The notes beneath the pieces were generated by a model. The model worked only from the letters and a program-made list of their open reading frames with translations. It did no database searches and had not been told where the DNA came from. Positions 16,455 to 26,028 of a stretch of DNA of 64,000 nt are shown in pieces. The DNA lies in IMG/VR virus record IMGVR_UViG_3300004481_000389; one strand, 5' to 3'. Source of the DNA: a virus. A program made the position numbers and the translations under genes. How positions within the stretch are numbered: the stretch's first letter is position 1; the number at the start of each line of letters is the position of its first letter.

Positions 16455-16541
16455 CTAGGGATATTGCCTAGATAGGAAAACAGGAGATTAACCGTATTTT
16501 TTTTATCTCATGATGAGATAAATATACATACAGGTTGTCTT

Positions 16542-17372
16542 ATGAAAACTGATTTAGTACAACCCCCATTGATCCGCTACAACCTCAAGGAACGTGGCAG
16601 ACAATTTAGAGGGGTAGAACGTAATTTCGATATTCCGGCTATCGTTGCTGCTATCAATTCACCCGCTTGCCAGGAGAGAGTTAAAACCCGTGGCATGTTG
16701 GGATACCTGGGCCACTGGGTCCGTATTCGTTTTGGTTTAGAGCCGCCGGAAGGTGGGATTGCTCAAGGCAAGGCTTATGCTGTTGAGCCAGCCATTGTGA
16801 CGACCTACCTTAAAGCATACCCAAACGGCGATATTGAGCATCAAACAGAATTTTTAGATACCGATCCAGGCCGTATTGCTGCGCGTATGTATGCAAACGA
16901 AGTCGGCGGCTTTAGTTCTGCCATCGATGAAAATAAACCGACCTTTTACGGCTTTGACTGGGTGAATGATCCGAACTATTCAACCAATCGCGGGTACAGC
17001 TTGACCCTGGATAGCGTGGTAGAGGGTGGAATGACCCTAGATGATGTTTTGGCTGCTGAATTGCAAGATCGTACCCAAGCTATGAACATGCTTTTAGAGA
17101 GAAGCGAGTACCGTGAAAAACTAGCCCTGGATAGCGCCGTTGCCTTGCGTAATGAAAATGAGCAGCTGTTATCTCTATTGGCTGAGTACGACAAAAAATC
17201 AGATGCGCCAGAAGTGCCAATTTCAACCAATGAGGCCACAATGCGTATGGAGCGTGATAAGGCGGTGTTTGATTCAGCTGGTATCTTACCAACCTTCAAA
17301 GAGCAAAGTAGCGAACAGGACAAGAAAGATGAACGTGCGTATCGATCAATTCGTTCAATGGTGGTTCGCTAA
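16542..17372 (+). CDS. possible prohead protease/scaffold protein (weak motif-level call)
   Basis: GMLGYLGHW and GGFSSAIDE resemble the His and Ser regions of T4 gp21-type prohead proteases as I recall them. The C-terminus is acidic and coiled-coil. Confidence 0.45.
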   Translation: MKTDLVQPPLIRYNLKERGRQFRGVERNFDIPAIVAAINSPACQERVKTRGMLGYLGHWVRIRFGLEPPEGGIAQGKAYAVEPAIVTTYLKAYPNGDIEHQTEFLDTDPGRIAARMYANEVGGFSSAIDENKPTFYGFDWVNDPNYSTNRGYSLTLDSVVEGGMTLDDVLAAELQDRTQAMNMLLERSEYREKLALDSAVALRNENEQLLSLLAEYDKKSDAPEVPISTNEATMRMERDKAVFDSAGILPTFKEQSSEQDKKDERAYRSIRSMVVR

Positions 17373-18121
17373 TGTTTGAGCCAGTTAAAATCGCTTTAGG
17401 TGAGTATCTGCAAGGCTTTTATAATGAGCTTGTGCCAACTACGCCAGCGTTAAAAGAGTTCAAGAAGCGTGGCTTTTCGTATGGCTTTGTTTATGCGCCT
17501 AGCCGCCTGGTGGATCAGGCAAGTGACATGCTGGCCGCCTGGCAAAAAAACGATACCACGGGCAAGCCAACAACCCCGGCAAAGTTACCCGTGATTATTA
17601 TCGGGATGGCGAAGGACTACACCCCAACCGGACGGGATTTTAACTATCAAATTTCGGATAGCGTGGAAATCATGTTACCCGATGATGCCAAAGAGCGTTA
17701 TTTTGAAGTTAAAACTATTGCGGGTGATTTGCGGGTCCAGCTGGTGATTTGTACGAGTGATGAAGCAACGGCGAAAAGTATAGCTGCTCAGCTGTTGTTA
17801 TATGTGGATTCACCCGTGCGCCGTGGTTTTGATGCGGTTTATACATTCGCCAAAAATGATGTGAGATTCCCTTGCCAAATTGAGGCCCCGGATAGCCCGG
17901 CTTCAAGTGTGGATACAGGGAGTTCAAATGTCACAATGCTGGCGATTGATTTTAATCTGCATTGCACGGTACCGCTTTATAGTGCGCCAGATGAGAATGA
18001 GCCGAACGATGGTAAAGGGTCCGGCCCTGATGATCCAAGTGGATTCCCGCTAGTGCAGCAAGTTAATCAAGAAGATCAAACGACTGTTAAAAACGGGCGT
18101 GATGTTGATGTGACTGATTAA
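17372..18121 (+). CDS. hypothetical structural-module protein
   Basis: 249-aa ORF whose start overlaps the upstream stop. Confidence 0.55.
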   Translation: MFEPVKIALGEYLQGFYNELVPTTPALKEFKKRGFSYGFVYAPSRLVDQASDMLAAWQKNDTTGKPTTPAKLPVIIIGMAKDYTPTGRDFNYQISDSVEIMLPDDAKERYFEVKTIAGDLRVQLVICTSDEATAKSIAAQLLLYVDSPVRRGFDAVYTFAKNDVRFPCQIEAPDSPASSVDTGSSNVTMLAIDFNLHCTVPLYSAPDENEPNDGKGSGPDDPSGFPLVQQVNQEDQTTVKNGRDVDVTD

Positions 18122-18489
18122 CACGGTCTGAGTGAGTGATGTTGTTTAAGTTCCTGGTACTCGATACGTTCATCGTAACGTCTACAGGCCTCGTTAAGTG
18201 TTTCGGCATTTAATGAGGCGATCCCCTCCATTAAATTATCCGGTCTAATCAGGACTGCATCATATATTCCCATTGAATCCTTATAGATAACTTTAAGTGT
18301 GGCCAGGTTGTGATTGAGCTGGACCAATGAGGCTAAAACATTGTGCATATCATTGGTGACACTTGTATTGCCCAGGTCTAAATCTTCAATAACCAGAAAG
18401 CCTGGATCTAGTAAAAAATACTTAAAATCTGCGGTACCAAGCAAATTATTAATACCCTTTTTGGCTTTGGTTTTGTTCTGAAACTGCAT
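18118..18489 (-). CDS. hypothetical protein; lone minus-strand gene in the head region
   Basis: 123-aa ORF containing LVIEDLDLGNTSVTNDMHNVL. Arrays D1 and D2 lie upstream. Confidence 0.5.
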   Translation of the reverse strand: MQFQNKTKAKKGINNLLGTADFKYFLLDPGFLVIEDLDLGNTSVTNDMHNVLASLVQLNHNLATLKVIYKDSMGIYDAVLIRPDNLMEGIASLNAETLNEACRRYDERIEYQELKQHHSLRPC

Positions 18490-18572
18490 GTCTTAAAGCC
18501 TTATATATTCGATGATTCAGACTATTTTAAACTTTTAAGTCTCTGTAAAGCAAAGCATGTTGTATTTATATT

Positions 18573-18636
18573 GTGCGTATAAGTGCAAAACTGCATAGCT
18601 GTATAGGTGCATAAGTGCAAGGTTGCATAGGTGCCA
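18573..18636. promoter_or_regulatory. 8-bp-periodic repeat array D1 (about 8 units)
   Basis: TGC/TGT recurs at 18584, 18592, 18600, 18608, 18616, 18624 and 18632, plus 18574. Units resemble gtgcataa, ctgcatag and ttgcatag. Confidence 0.6.
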
Positions 18637-18660
18637 ATTTACCTTATCAATCTAGGCCAG

Positions 18661-18717
18661 GTGCATGAGTGCATAACTGCACGGGTGCAGAATTGCATAG
18701 GTGCATAACTGTGTAGG
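18661..18717. promoter_or_regulatory. 8-bp-periodic repeat array D2 (7 units)
   Basis: gtgcatga|gtgcataa|ctgcacgg|gtgcagaa|ttgcatag|gtgcataa|ctgtgtag. Confidence 0.6.
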
Positions 18718-18793
18718 CAGTATTGGAAAACCAAGTAAATCAGGCAAACAGGGCTAAATAGAATACCTCCATAGGCTCTATGGGAGTAAACAC

Positions 18794-19285
18794 ATGAAGC
18801 AAAAAATACAAGCGAATATACAAGGCTATAAAGGCCGGCCCGCTAGTTTGTTTGGATTGCATGACACTGAAACGAGTGTACTTGTTATTGCCAAACTATC
18901 CACAAAAAGAATGGACCCGCAACCTGGCTGTGCATTCATTACCAATCAGTTAAGAACGGAACATGATTTCTATATAGATGAAACCAAGTTGCTTGATTCA
19001 ATTTCAAGTTATTACCGACTTAAAAACGGTCTGGCCAAAAACAATGAGACAGCATTATTGCGAATTGACCCTAAAGCGGGGAATGCAGATCCATCAAGCG
19101 GCATTGAAATGGACGGCGTATCGGGGCGGGGGATGGAATACCGTATTTCGCCTGACGTTACCAATGCACAAATCGCGCTGTTAGCTATGTGCTTGTATGT
19201 GGAAGGTTCATCCACGGTTAATGACACGCTGGAAATGTTCGATGAATTAGAGGCATTGATGGAAGGTAACTGGTTGACGATATGA
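18794..19285 (+). CDS. hypothetical head-module protein
   Basis: 163-aa ORF, first gene after array D, with a GGGAG RBS. Confidence 0.55.
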   Translation: MKQKIQANIQGYKGRPASLFGLHDTETSVLVIAKLSTKRMDPQPGCAFITNQLRTEHDFYIDETKLLDSISSYYRLKNGLAKNNETALLRIDPKAGNADPSSGIEMDGVSGRGMEYRISPDVTNAQIALLAMCLYVEGSSTVNDTLEMFDELEALMEGNWLTI

Positions 19286-19626
19286 CTGCTTATTTAGATC
19301 AAAACAGCCAGGCGGCCAGGGTGTTTTTTAAGAAAGTGGCCAACTATGTGCAAGGTGCTAAGCCCTGGGACAAAGTGGTGAGCTATGAAATCAAGCCGGA
19401 TGAATATGTGGATGCCACTTTAATCAGCCGCCGGGTGTATGGGACCTCAGATGAGGTTCTGACAGTTATGGCGTGTGCTGGCATTGATAGCTTTGATGAT
19501 GGTTTTAAGCAAGGTGTATTAATCCTACCTAACCAGGTCCAGTTAGACAGATTAAAGCGCGAATCCGGCTTTGAATCTGTGCATAGCAATCGCCGGGATG
19601 GTAAACCTCGATGGAGTAGGGATTAA
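19282..19626 (+). CDS. hypothetical head-module protein
   Basis: 114-aa ORF with an ATGA overlap. Confidence 0.55.
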   Translation: MTAYLDQNSQAARVFFKKVANYVQGAKPWDKVVSYEIKPDEYVDATLISRRVYGTSDEVLTVMACAGIDSFDDGFKQGVLILPNQVQLDRLKRESGFESVHSNRRDGKPRWSRD

Positions 19627-20675
19627 TGGTTGATGCAAGTGACCGTAAAATTGCCGGGTCCATAGGTCAAGCCAAAGCCAGGGCGCAAGCCAGCCAGGAT
19701 AAGCGTGACAGTGCGCCAAATATCCTAACGCCTGGTGAGGTTCGCGGGGAATATGATGCTAACCGGATGCTTGAGACTACTCTAGGCGGGATCAAGCGAA
19801 TTATGACGGCTGATGACCTGGCCGCATTTCGCCGTAATGCAGCTATAGCCGGGAAAAGCTTTGTTGGTGGAATTACTGCCAGGCAAGTGATCGACCGTTC
19901 CTTGTCTACGGATCGAAAGCGGGCAAGACAGGAAATTCTATGGGCTATGCCAAGTCATGCCAATAAGAATCAGAAAGGCCATTTAGCTGTTAATTTCAAT
20001 ACTGATGCCTCTGGCCGCAATGATGCGTCTAGGCATTATGTCCAGGTGGAATTTATAGGATTCCAGACAGCTATTGCATCCGGCGCTCATGCACCACAAC
20101 GGGCGGCCCGTGAAATGGCTAAGGATAAGATCCGTTTTGACTGTGATTGTGGCCGTCATACCTACTTTTTGCGATACCTGGCCACGATTGGCAACTATAA
20201 CTCTGGCCGATCCGAAACGGGCTACCCAAAAATACGAAACCCTAACCTGGTGGGCGTGGCATGTAAGCACGTTTTACGTGTAATGGCTGAAATTGAGGGC
20301 GGGGCATACGTGCTGCAATTCCTGGCCAGGGCTATTGAAAAGGCGCGTAAGGACAACGGCAAGGTACGCATTCAATCCAGCCAAAAAGAGGCAGATAAGC
20401 AAATCCAGAAACAAGCGGGCCGTTCTACAACCAAGCTTGATTCAAGAGAGGAACGTGATCTGCACCGGGCGCGCCTGGCGTTACGAAAATCGGCAGCTGC
20501 AGCACGGGTCAATATGCCAAAACCAAAAGTGACGGCGGGCGGTAGTCGCAAGATTGGCCAGCTGGGGAAACTTGGCCATAACAAAACCACGGAAACAATT
20601 TTGCTGCAAACGATCCAGGGCTTAGGCATTACCCGTGAACAAGCCATTGCCATGCTGGCGGGCCTAAAAAAATAA
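19626..20675 (+). CDS. SWIM-type zinc-finger protein with a basic C-terminal region
   Basis: CDCGRHTYFL...GVACKHVLRV fits the CxCx(n)CxH pattern. The C-terminal third is Lys/Arg-rich. Confidence 0.6.
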   Translation: MVDASDRKIAGSIGQAKARAQASQDKRDSAPNILTPGEVRGEYDANRMLETTLGGIKRIMTADDLAAFRRNAAIAGKSFVGGITARQVIDRSLSTDRKRARQEILWAMPSHANKNQKGHLAVNFNTDASGRNDASRHYVQVEFIGFQTAIASGAHAPQRAAREMAKDKIRFDCDCGRHTYFLRYLATIGNYNSGRSETGYPKIRNPNLVGVACKHVLRVMAEIEGGAYVLQFLARAIEKARKDNGKVRIQSSQKEADKQIQKQAGRSTTKLDSREERDLHRARLALRKSAAAARVNMPKPKVTAGGSRKIGQLGKLGHNKTTETILLQTIQGLGITREQAIAMLAGLKK

Positions 20676-20696
20676 TCTAATTAGATTCTAATTAGA
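20676..20696. promoter_or_regulatory. Two tandem copies of the 10-bp palindrome TCTAATTAGA at 11-bp spacing
   Basis: Copies at 20676-20685 and 20687-20696, immediately after a stop codon and 44 bp before the next gene. Confidence 0.35.
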
Positions 20697-20739
20697 ATTT
20701 TTCGGGCCATTAATCTGCTAATCAAAAATAGGTTTAGAT

Positions 20740-21249
20740 ATGTTGAATAACATTCCAAAAGGCTTGAATGCCATTACTCGTAAGGTGGTGATCCGGCACC
20801 CCAACACATTTAATTGTGAATTTTACCGCCGTAATACCAATCGTATTGAGCCAGTAGTGGGGGAGAGGCCCACAATTGGCGGCATGATGGTTATGTCTGT
20901 GGATGATGAAGTGGACATAAGCTGGTCCATGATCGGCACCGGGTACGCTTTAGTCGCGGATCAATTCCAGCCGTCAACCATGATGGACCGCATGGATACC
21001 AACAACGGCAGCGGTGATGAATTTCGCTTTTTGATTGAATCTGAATTAGAGGCTTTTGAAGGCGGCTTTGAGCCAAAAAAGAACGATGTGTTTTATGTGG
21101 TCCTGGGAGATATTCAGGATGAAGATGCACCACGATTAGCTTATGAAATTATCGGGGTAGAAACGACCGTAAACGTGCCGCCTTATGTCCCACGTTATGT
21201 ATGCAATCGCCGGGATGATCTAATGCCGCACATAATGATGCAGCCATAG
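20740..21249 (+). CDS. hypothetical head-module protein
   Basis: 169-aa ORF. Confidence 0.55.
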   Translation: MLNNIPKGLNAITRKVVIRHPNTFNCEFYRRNTNRIEPVVGERPTIGGMMVMSVDDEVDISWSMIGTGYALVADQFQPSTMMDRMDTNNGSGDEFRFLIESELEAFEGGFEPKKNDVFYVVLGDIQDEDAPRLAYEIIGVETTVNVPPYVPRYVCNRRDDLMPHIMMQP

Positions 21250-21342
21250 TTCAAAATGGGAAAATCCGACAAATAGGCATTTTTTGAAGGGCAACAATGA
21301 GTAATCCGAATTTTTCGGCATCTTATTGGAGTTTTAAAGAAA

Positions 21343-22995
21343 ATGCCTGCTCGTCAATACCACAAGCAATCCACTATTCAAGCTGATAACTTTCTTAGTG
21401 GTCTTAAAGACAACGCTCAGACAACTACAGGTACATTTGATAGTGCTGCAGCTGAATCATTTGTAAATGAAGCTTTAAGCCAAAACACTATCGAAGTGCC
21501 AGCAACATTACAGGGCGTATTAGATTCTGTAAGCGACAAAGAATCAGGCTATGTCCTACGCGCTATTCTTGATGGTGCTGCTGCTTATGAAGCTGCTCAC
21601 GGCCAATCAATGCCAGCTGACGTATTAGAACAAGCATTACATTCTGCTTATTCAACTACGCCAGAAGGCCAAAAGGCGGCGCTGGATTCTACAGGTAACA
21701 GCCTACAGTCTGCACAGTCTTACCAGTCTAACCGTGCGATTGTAGCGATTTTAACGACAACTACAGAAGCCATCCCATTTGTTCACTACTTACCAGCTGA
21801 TATTAAGTCTAACCAGGCTAAATTAGCGATTCTTGAACACGTAACCGGATCTGAAAGCGGCCTTTATAAAGAAAGCAGCTTATTGGACGGCGCGCATTCT
21901 GGTGATCGTTATATTAGCTCTGCACGTGATCACGTTTTAACTCACGGTGAAGGTGGTGCCTTAACAGGTAAAATCACTGCAAATCAAGCAACGGCTGATA
22001 CCTGTGATCCGCAAGGTAAAGCGGTAAAACTGGTTCGTGGTGCAACAATCATTTATGTGAATGGTTTGAAAGCGGCTCAAGAAGTTGGCTCGAAGTCTGT
22101 TAATTCACCGATTGCGGGCGCTGTAACGATTGGCAATACCAGCTATGCAATCAGCGGTAGCGTAAACACAGATAACGGTGAAATTACACTTGCTGTTAAT
22201 CCAGCATTGCCGACCTCTGTTGAAGTGCTTGCGGAAGGTTTTATTGATTATGAGCGTCAAGAAGATCTAACGCCTTCAATCATCACAACCGTTGAAACTT
22301 TTGATCTGTTTGCGAACTCATGGAGAGCTTTGACTCGTCAATCAATCGATTCACGTACTCAAATGGCTAACGAATTGGGCTTAGATTCATATTCGGAAGG
22401 CGTGATCGCTATTCAGGCTCAATTTGCAAATGAACGTCATTATGACGTAATCCGTAAAGCGCGCCGTGTCGCGGTATGTAACCGTGAAACTTTCGATTTC
22501 AACTGGGTTGGTGCTGGTGATTACAAAGTACGTGCTGATATTTGGCGCGACTTCTCATCTGCTTTAGGTGCTGTTTCTCAAAAAATGGCGCTTTTAACGA
22601 TGAATCACGGCGTAACCCATTTATACGTTGGTGAAAAGATTGCAGCTCAAATGCAAGGCCTACCAGCTGACATTTGGCAGCCTAGCGGTATCTCTGCACG
22701 TCCTGGTATCTACCGTGCTGGCCGTCTATTCGGCAAATACGATGTGTACTACACGCCTCGCGGTGTTCATGAAGATGCAGAAGGCGCTGAAATCCTTTGT
22801 ATCGGTCAGGCAAGTGACGTAACTCGTAACGCATTCATCTTGGGTGATGCTGTTGCTCCGACTGTTATCCCTCTAGCAACTAACTCTGACCTGAAAACAG
22901 GTGCGGGTTACTACGCTCGTAACTTCACAGCTGTAAACCCTCATAAGCATTCTGCTCAGGGTGCGGCTCTAATCACAGTAACTAACTTGTTCTAA
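21343..22995 (+). CDS. putative major capsid protein
   Basis: 550 aa. Codon choice looks like a highly expressed gene (cgt, ggt, gct, aaa). GGAG RBS. Position in the head module supports the call. No diagnostic motif. Confidence 0.45.
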   Translation: MPARQYHKQSTIQADNFLSGLKDNAQTTTGTFDSAAAESFVNEALSQNTIEVPATLQGVLDSVSDKESGYVLRAILDGAAAYEAAHGQSMPADVLEQALHSAYSTTPEGQKAALDSTGNSLQSAQSYQSNRAIVAILTTTTEAIPFVHYLPADIKSNQAKLAILEHVTGSESGLYKESSLLDGAHSGDRYISSARDHVLTHGEGGALTGKITANQATADTCDPQGKAVKLVRGATIIYVNGLKAAQEVGSKSVNSPIAGAVTIGNTSYAISGSVNTDNGEITLAVNPALPTSVEVLAEGFIDYERQEDLTPSIITTVETFDLFANSWRALTRQSIDSRTQMANELGLDSYSEGVIAIQAQFANERHYDVIRKARRVAVCNRETFDFNWVGAGDYKVRADIWRDFSSALGAVSQKMALLTMNHGVTHLYVGEKIAAQMQGLPADIWQPSGISARPGIYRAGRLFGKYDVYYTPRGVHEDAEGAEILCIGQASDVTRNAFILGDAVAPTVIPLATNSDLKTGAGYYARNFTAVNPHKHSAQGAALITVTNLF

Positions 22996-23007
22996 TTGGG
23001 TGCGCCA

Positions 23008-23598
23008 ATGACTAAGAAAATTGACATTGGCGCTTCAATTTCAAGCAGAACAGATGCGAGTTCAACTGTTGAGAATGTTTTTAGTGCTGAGGAATTTCCC
23101 TGCACTTTAAGCGTTCAAAATCACACAGTAACCCGTCTGGTATTGCCTGAATTGAAGGGCCTAGACATTCCAGGCATGAGCATCAAAGAAGCTCAATTTA
23201 ACGATATTGGCGTATTAAAGCGCGTGGTATCAAGCCTGGCTCAAATCTCACGACTAAACAATTTCACGGCTATCGCAACGATTTGTGCGCCTGAATTTCT
23301 GGAAAACCAAAATGCTCAAGAAAGTGAAGGCCAGACTGAAACTGACGTTACACCGTCTACTTTACAAGGCGGCGAAGAAAGCACTGAAACTGACGTATTG
23401 GGCGCAGGGGAGACTACTCCTACTCAGGATCTTGAAGTCAAAGCCACAGTAATTGAAGAACTGCCAGGCGGCGTTTTGCGTGTAGCTGTTGGTGAAACAC
23501 AGTTTGAAGTGAAAAAAAACCAGTTACGTGAAAACGGGACTTTAACCGCTGGCGGTATCTCTGCATACCAGGTAGCACAAAATACTACGAATGAATAA
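23008..23598 (+). CDS. hypothetical protein (acidic, Thr/Glu-rich middle)
   Basis: ATG at 23008 preferred over TTG at 22996. Confidence 0.5.
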   Translation: MTKKIDIGASISSRTDASSTVENVFSAEEFPCTLSVQNHTVTRLVLPELKGLDIPGMSIKEAQFNDIGVLKRVVSSLAQISRLNNFTAIATICAPEFLENQNAQESEGQTETDVTPSTLQGGEESTETDVLGAGETTPTQDLEVKATVIEELPGGVLRVAVGETQFEVKKNQLRENGTLTAGGISAYQVAQNTTNE

Positions 23599-23606
23599 GG
23601 TGTGAA

Positions 23607-25244
23607 ATGACAACTTCTTTTGTACGCGCTTTGGGGGAACAATCGGGCGTTCAGCTTAACCCTCTAGGTGATAATTCTGAAATGCCCACTACAGGCACGG
23701 CAGATCAAAATTTAGCAATTGCAATGCGCGCTACACGTGGCCGTATTGATAAGGCTTTCTCTGTTGATGGTTCAAACTTCTACAAGCGTTTGGGTTATGG
23801 CGAAACTTTAAGAGCAAATGCACTCAATGAGGCCTGGATTCATGTGCAAGAAGCACTGACCAATGGTACAGCTCAGGCAGTAGTCACTCGTATGGTTGGT
23901 TCAGATGCTCAAAACAAGTGGATGACGATCTCTATTGATAAAGCTACAAATGCGATTAGCTTTGCTGTTTCGGATGCACAAAGCCCTGAAAGCTACGATA
24001 TTGCAGTTAAGCATTTAGAGTGTTTTAACGATGGCATTCGATTGTCTATTCATGCTGATGAAAACCGTTTAGGCGGCCAGCTGGCGGCAAATGATTATGT
24101 AACTTTAATGTTGTCTGATTCAAAAGGCGTAAAGCTTTATGAGTTCTCAGGTTCACTAACCGAAGGATCTCAGGATGATTACGGCAATTCTGATTATCTG
24201 CCTGATGTGATCGAAGCATTAACAGATAACGTTGAAGTTATGGTTGCAAAAAGCATAACGATTGCTCCTGCATCTAAAGCCTATGGCTTTGATGAAAACG
24301 GCGAAACAAGCTGGGCAACTTCTGGTCTACTTAGCTATTTCAGCGAAGGTGTGGTCGGTGATTACACAACTGAAACTTATGTGCAAGCGCGTGAAAATCT
24401 GGAAAAAACACAGCTGCAATATCGCTATATTGCTTCTGGTGGTACTAAAGCGCCTGGCCTATTAAGTCAGTTAATGACTTTGGCATTCAATACCAATCGT
24501 CAGTTACGTTTTGACATTGATGGGACCTTAACGCCAGAACAGGCCATTGCGTTTATTGAATCTATCAATCCGTATGGTGCCAAAGCATCACACCTTATTC
24601 ATGCGTACTGGACCCCGTTAAAGACTAACGACCCAAGCGGCGTAAACGGTAAAAGCTATATCGGTACGTCTGGCCTGAATATTGGTCTTGCATGTGGCCG
24701 TAACGCTGCAAAAAATGCAAAAGGTTTTGCTCCTAAAAACTACCCAGTGGCGGGCCGTATGTTCCCGGTCAATCGCTCAGGTATCGTGCAAACTTACACG
24801 CCAAGTAACCCGGAATTAAACCAGCTTGCAGCTGCAAAAATTAACCCGGTGATTTATGAATCTTATGAGACAGGCGGCTTGTATGTTTTCCGTGATTCAT
24901 TAACTTGCGCGCCTGTAAAAAACAGCTTACGCAAACTGATTGCCGTGGCTGAAATGTCCACTTCCGTTGATGATGCTGTCACGGGTACTGCAAAAATGTA
25001 CTTGCAGCTGCCTATGGCAACCGCTGTTAAACGTATGAACGACTGGCTGAAAGGCTACCTAGAAGGCGCAGAAGCGGCTGAATGGATTACGCCATCAAAT
25101 GATCCAACTATGGGCGGTGCTTCATTCCGTTATGAAGTGAAGCCGAATGCAGCCAATCCATACGATCAAATGGACGTTAATTACTGGGTGCATTATGACG
25201 GTACAGCGCGTCAAATCTTTGCTACTCAAACATTGTCTAAATAA
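23607..25244 (+). CDS. putative tail sheath protein
   Basis: 545 aa. C-terminal KINPVIYESYETGGLYVFRDSLT...RKLIAVAEM resembles the conserved sheath C-terminal domain pattern. Confidence 0.55.
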   Translation: MTTSFVRALGEQSGVQLNPLGDNSEMPTTGTADQNLAIAMRATRGRIDKAFSVDGSNFYKRLGYGETLRANALNEAWIHVQEALTNGTAQAVVTRMVGSDAQNKWMTISIDKATNAISFAVSDAQSPESYDIAVKHLECFNDGIRLSIHADENRLGGQLAANDYVTLMLSDSKGVKLYEFSGSLTEGSQDDYGNSDYLPDVIEALTDNVEVMVAKSITIAPASKAYGFDENGETSWATSGLLSYFSEGVVGDYTTETYVQARENLEKTQLQYRYIASGGTKAPGLLSQLMTLAFNTNRQLRFDIDGTLTPEQAIAFIESINPYGAKASHLIHAYWTPLKTNDPSGVNGKSYIGTSGLNIGLACGRNAAKNAKGFAPKNYPVAGRMFPVNRSGIVQTYTPSNPELNQLAAAKINPVIYESYETGGLYVFRDSLTCAPVKNSLRKLIAVAEMSTSVDDAVTGTAKMYLQLPMATAVKRMNDWLKGYLEGAEAAEWITPSNDPTMGGASFRYEVKPNAANPYDQMDVNYWVHYDGTARQIFATQTLSK

Positions 25245-25260
25245 TAGGGGGATCATTTAA

Positions 25261-25971
25261 ATGACTACTTTGACCGATCTTTTACGCACTCAGCTCTATG
25301 GCAAAAAGCCTGAAAATGGGGCAGCTGCAGCGGTTAAACCTGTCCTGGACAGCGCCAAAACTGAAAAAGAACAAGCGGCTTTAGATTCAGCGGAAGGCTA
25401 CGAATTGGCTGCAATTGCACAGCAAGCAGTAGCCGCAATTCACCAGTGGATCGAGACAGATGATCTTGATTCAGGCGAAACCATGGCCGACCGCTTAATG
25501 GGCCTATTTGTTGGGATCGCTGATTCTAATAAAGATGGTGAGCTTGATGATGATGAACAGGAAATCGTTGAAGCTGCTTTAAGTGCTGCATGGGATTACC
25601 TGGAAGGCATGGGCGTGGACGAAAGCGATATTTCAGCATTATTGAATGATTGGGATGACGCAGTGGCCAACAACGTGATTGACCTGGTAGCAACCAGCTT
25701 GCCGGAAGGTGAAGATGCAGCGGATCAGGTGATTGCCAAGTTTGCTTTTGGTGATGACGATCAAGAGGCTGTATTTGATGCGACCTATGCAAAGCGTACT
25801 GCATTCCGTCACGGCAAGAAGGTTCGCATTAATAAGCGTATTGCTGGCTCAGTTCGATTGACTGCTAAGCAAAAGGTGGCGATTCGCAAAATGCAGCTTA
25901 AATCGCATTCTGCTAAAGCACGTGCTGGACGTTTAAAAAGCTTTAAAGCTCGCAAAAACGCGGGTCTATAA
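25261..25971 (+). CDS. hypothetical protein: very acidic body, strongly basic C-terminal tail
   Basis: 236 aa. The final 60 residues are rich in K and R (KRIAGSVRLTAKQKVAIRKMQLKSHSAKARAGRLKSFKARK). Confidence 0.55.
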   Translation: MTTLTDLLRTQLYGKKPENGAAAAVKPVLDSAKTEKEQAALDSAEGYELAAIAQQAVAAIHQWIETDDLDSGETMADRLMGLFVGIADSNKDGELDDDEQEIVEAALSAAWDYLEGMGVDESDISALLNDWDDAVANNVIDLVATSLPEGEDAADQVIAKFAFGDDDQEAVFDATYAKRTAFRHGKKVRINKRIAGSVRLTAKQKVAIRKMQLKSHSAKARAGRLKSFKARKNAGL

Positions 25972-25991
25972 GCAGCATTACACATAAAAAA

Positions 25992-26016
25992 AGGCGATTA
26001 ATTTCGCCTTTTTTTT
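25992..26016 (+). terminator. Rho-independent terminator or attenuator within the late operon
   Basis: GGCGA-ttaattt-TCGCC followed by T8. The next RBS follows immediately. Confidence 0.7.
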
Positions 26017-26028
26017 CAGGAGAATTTT

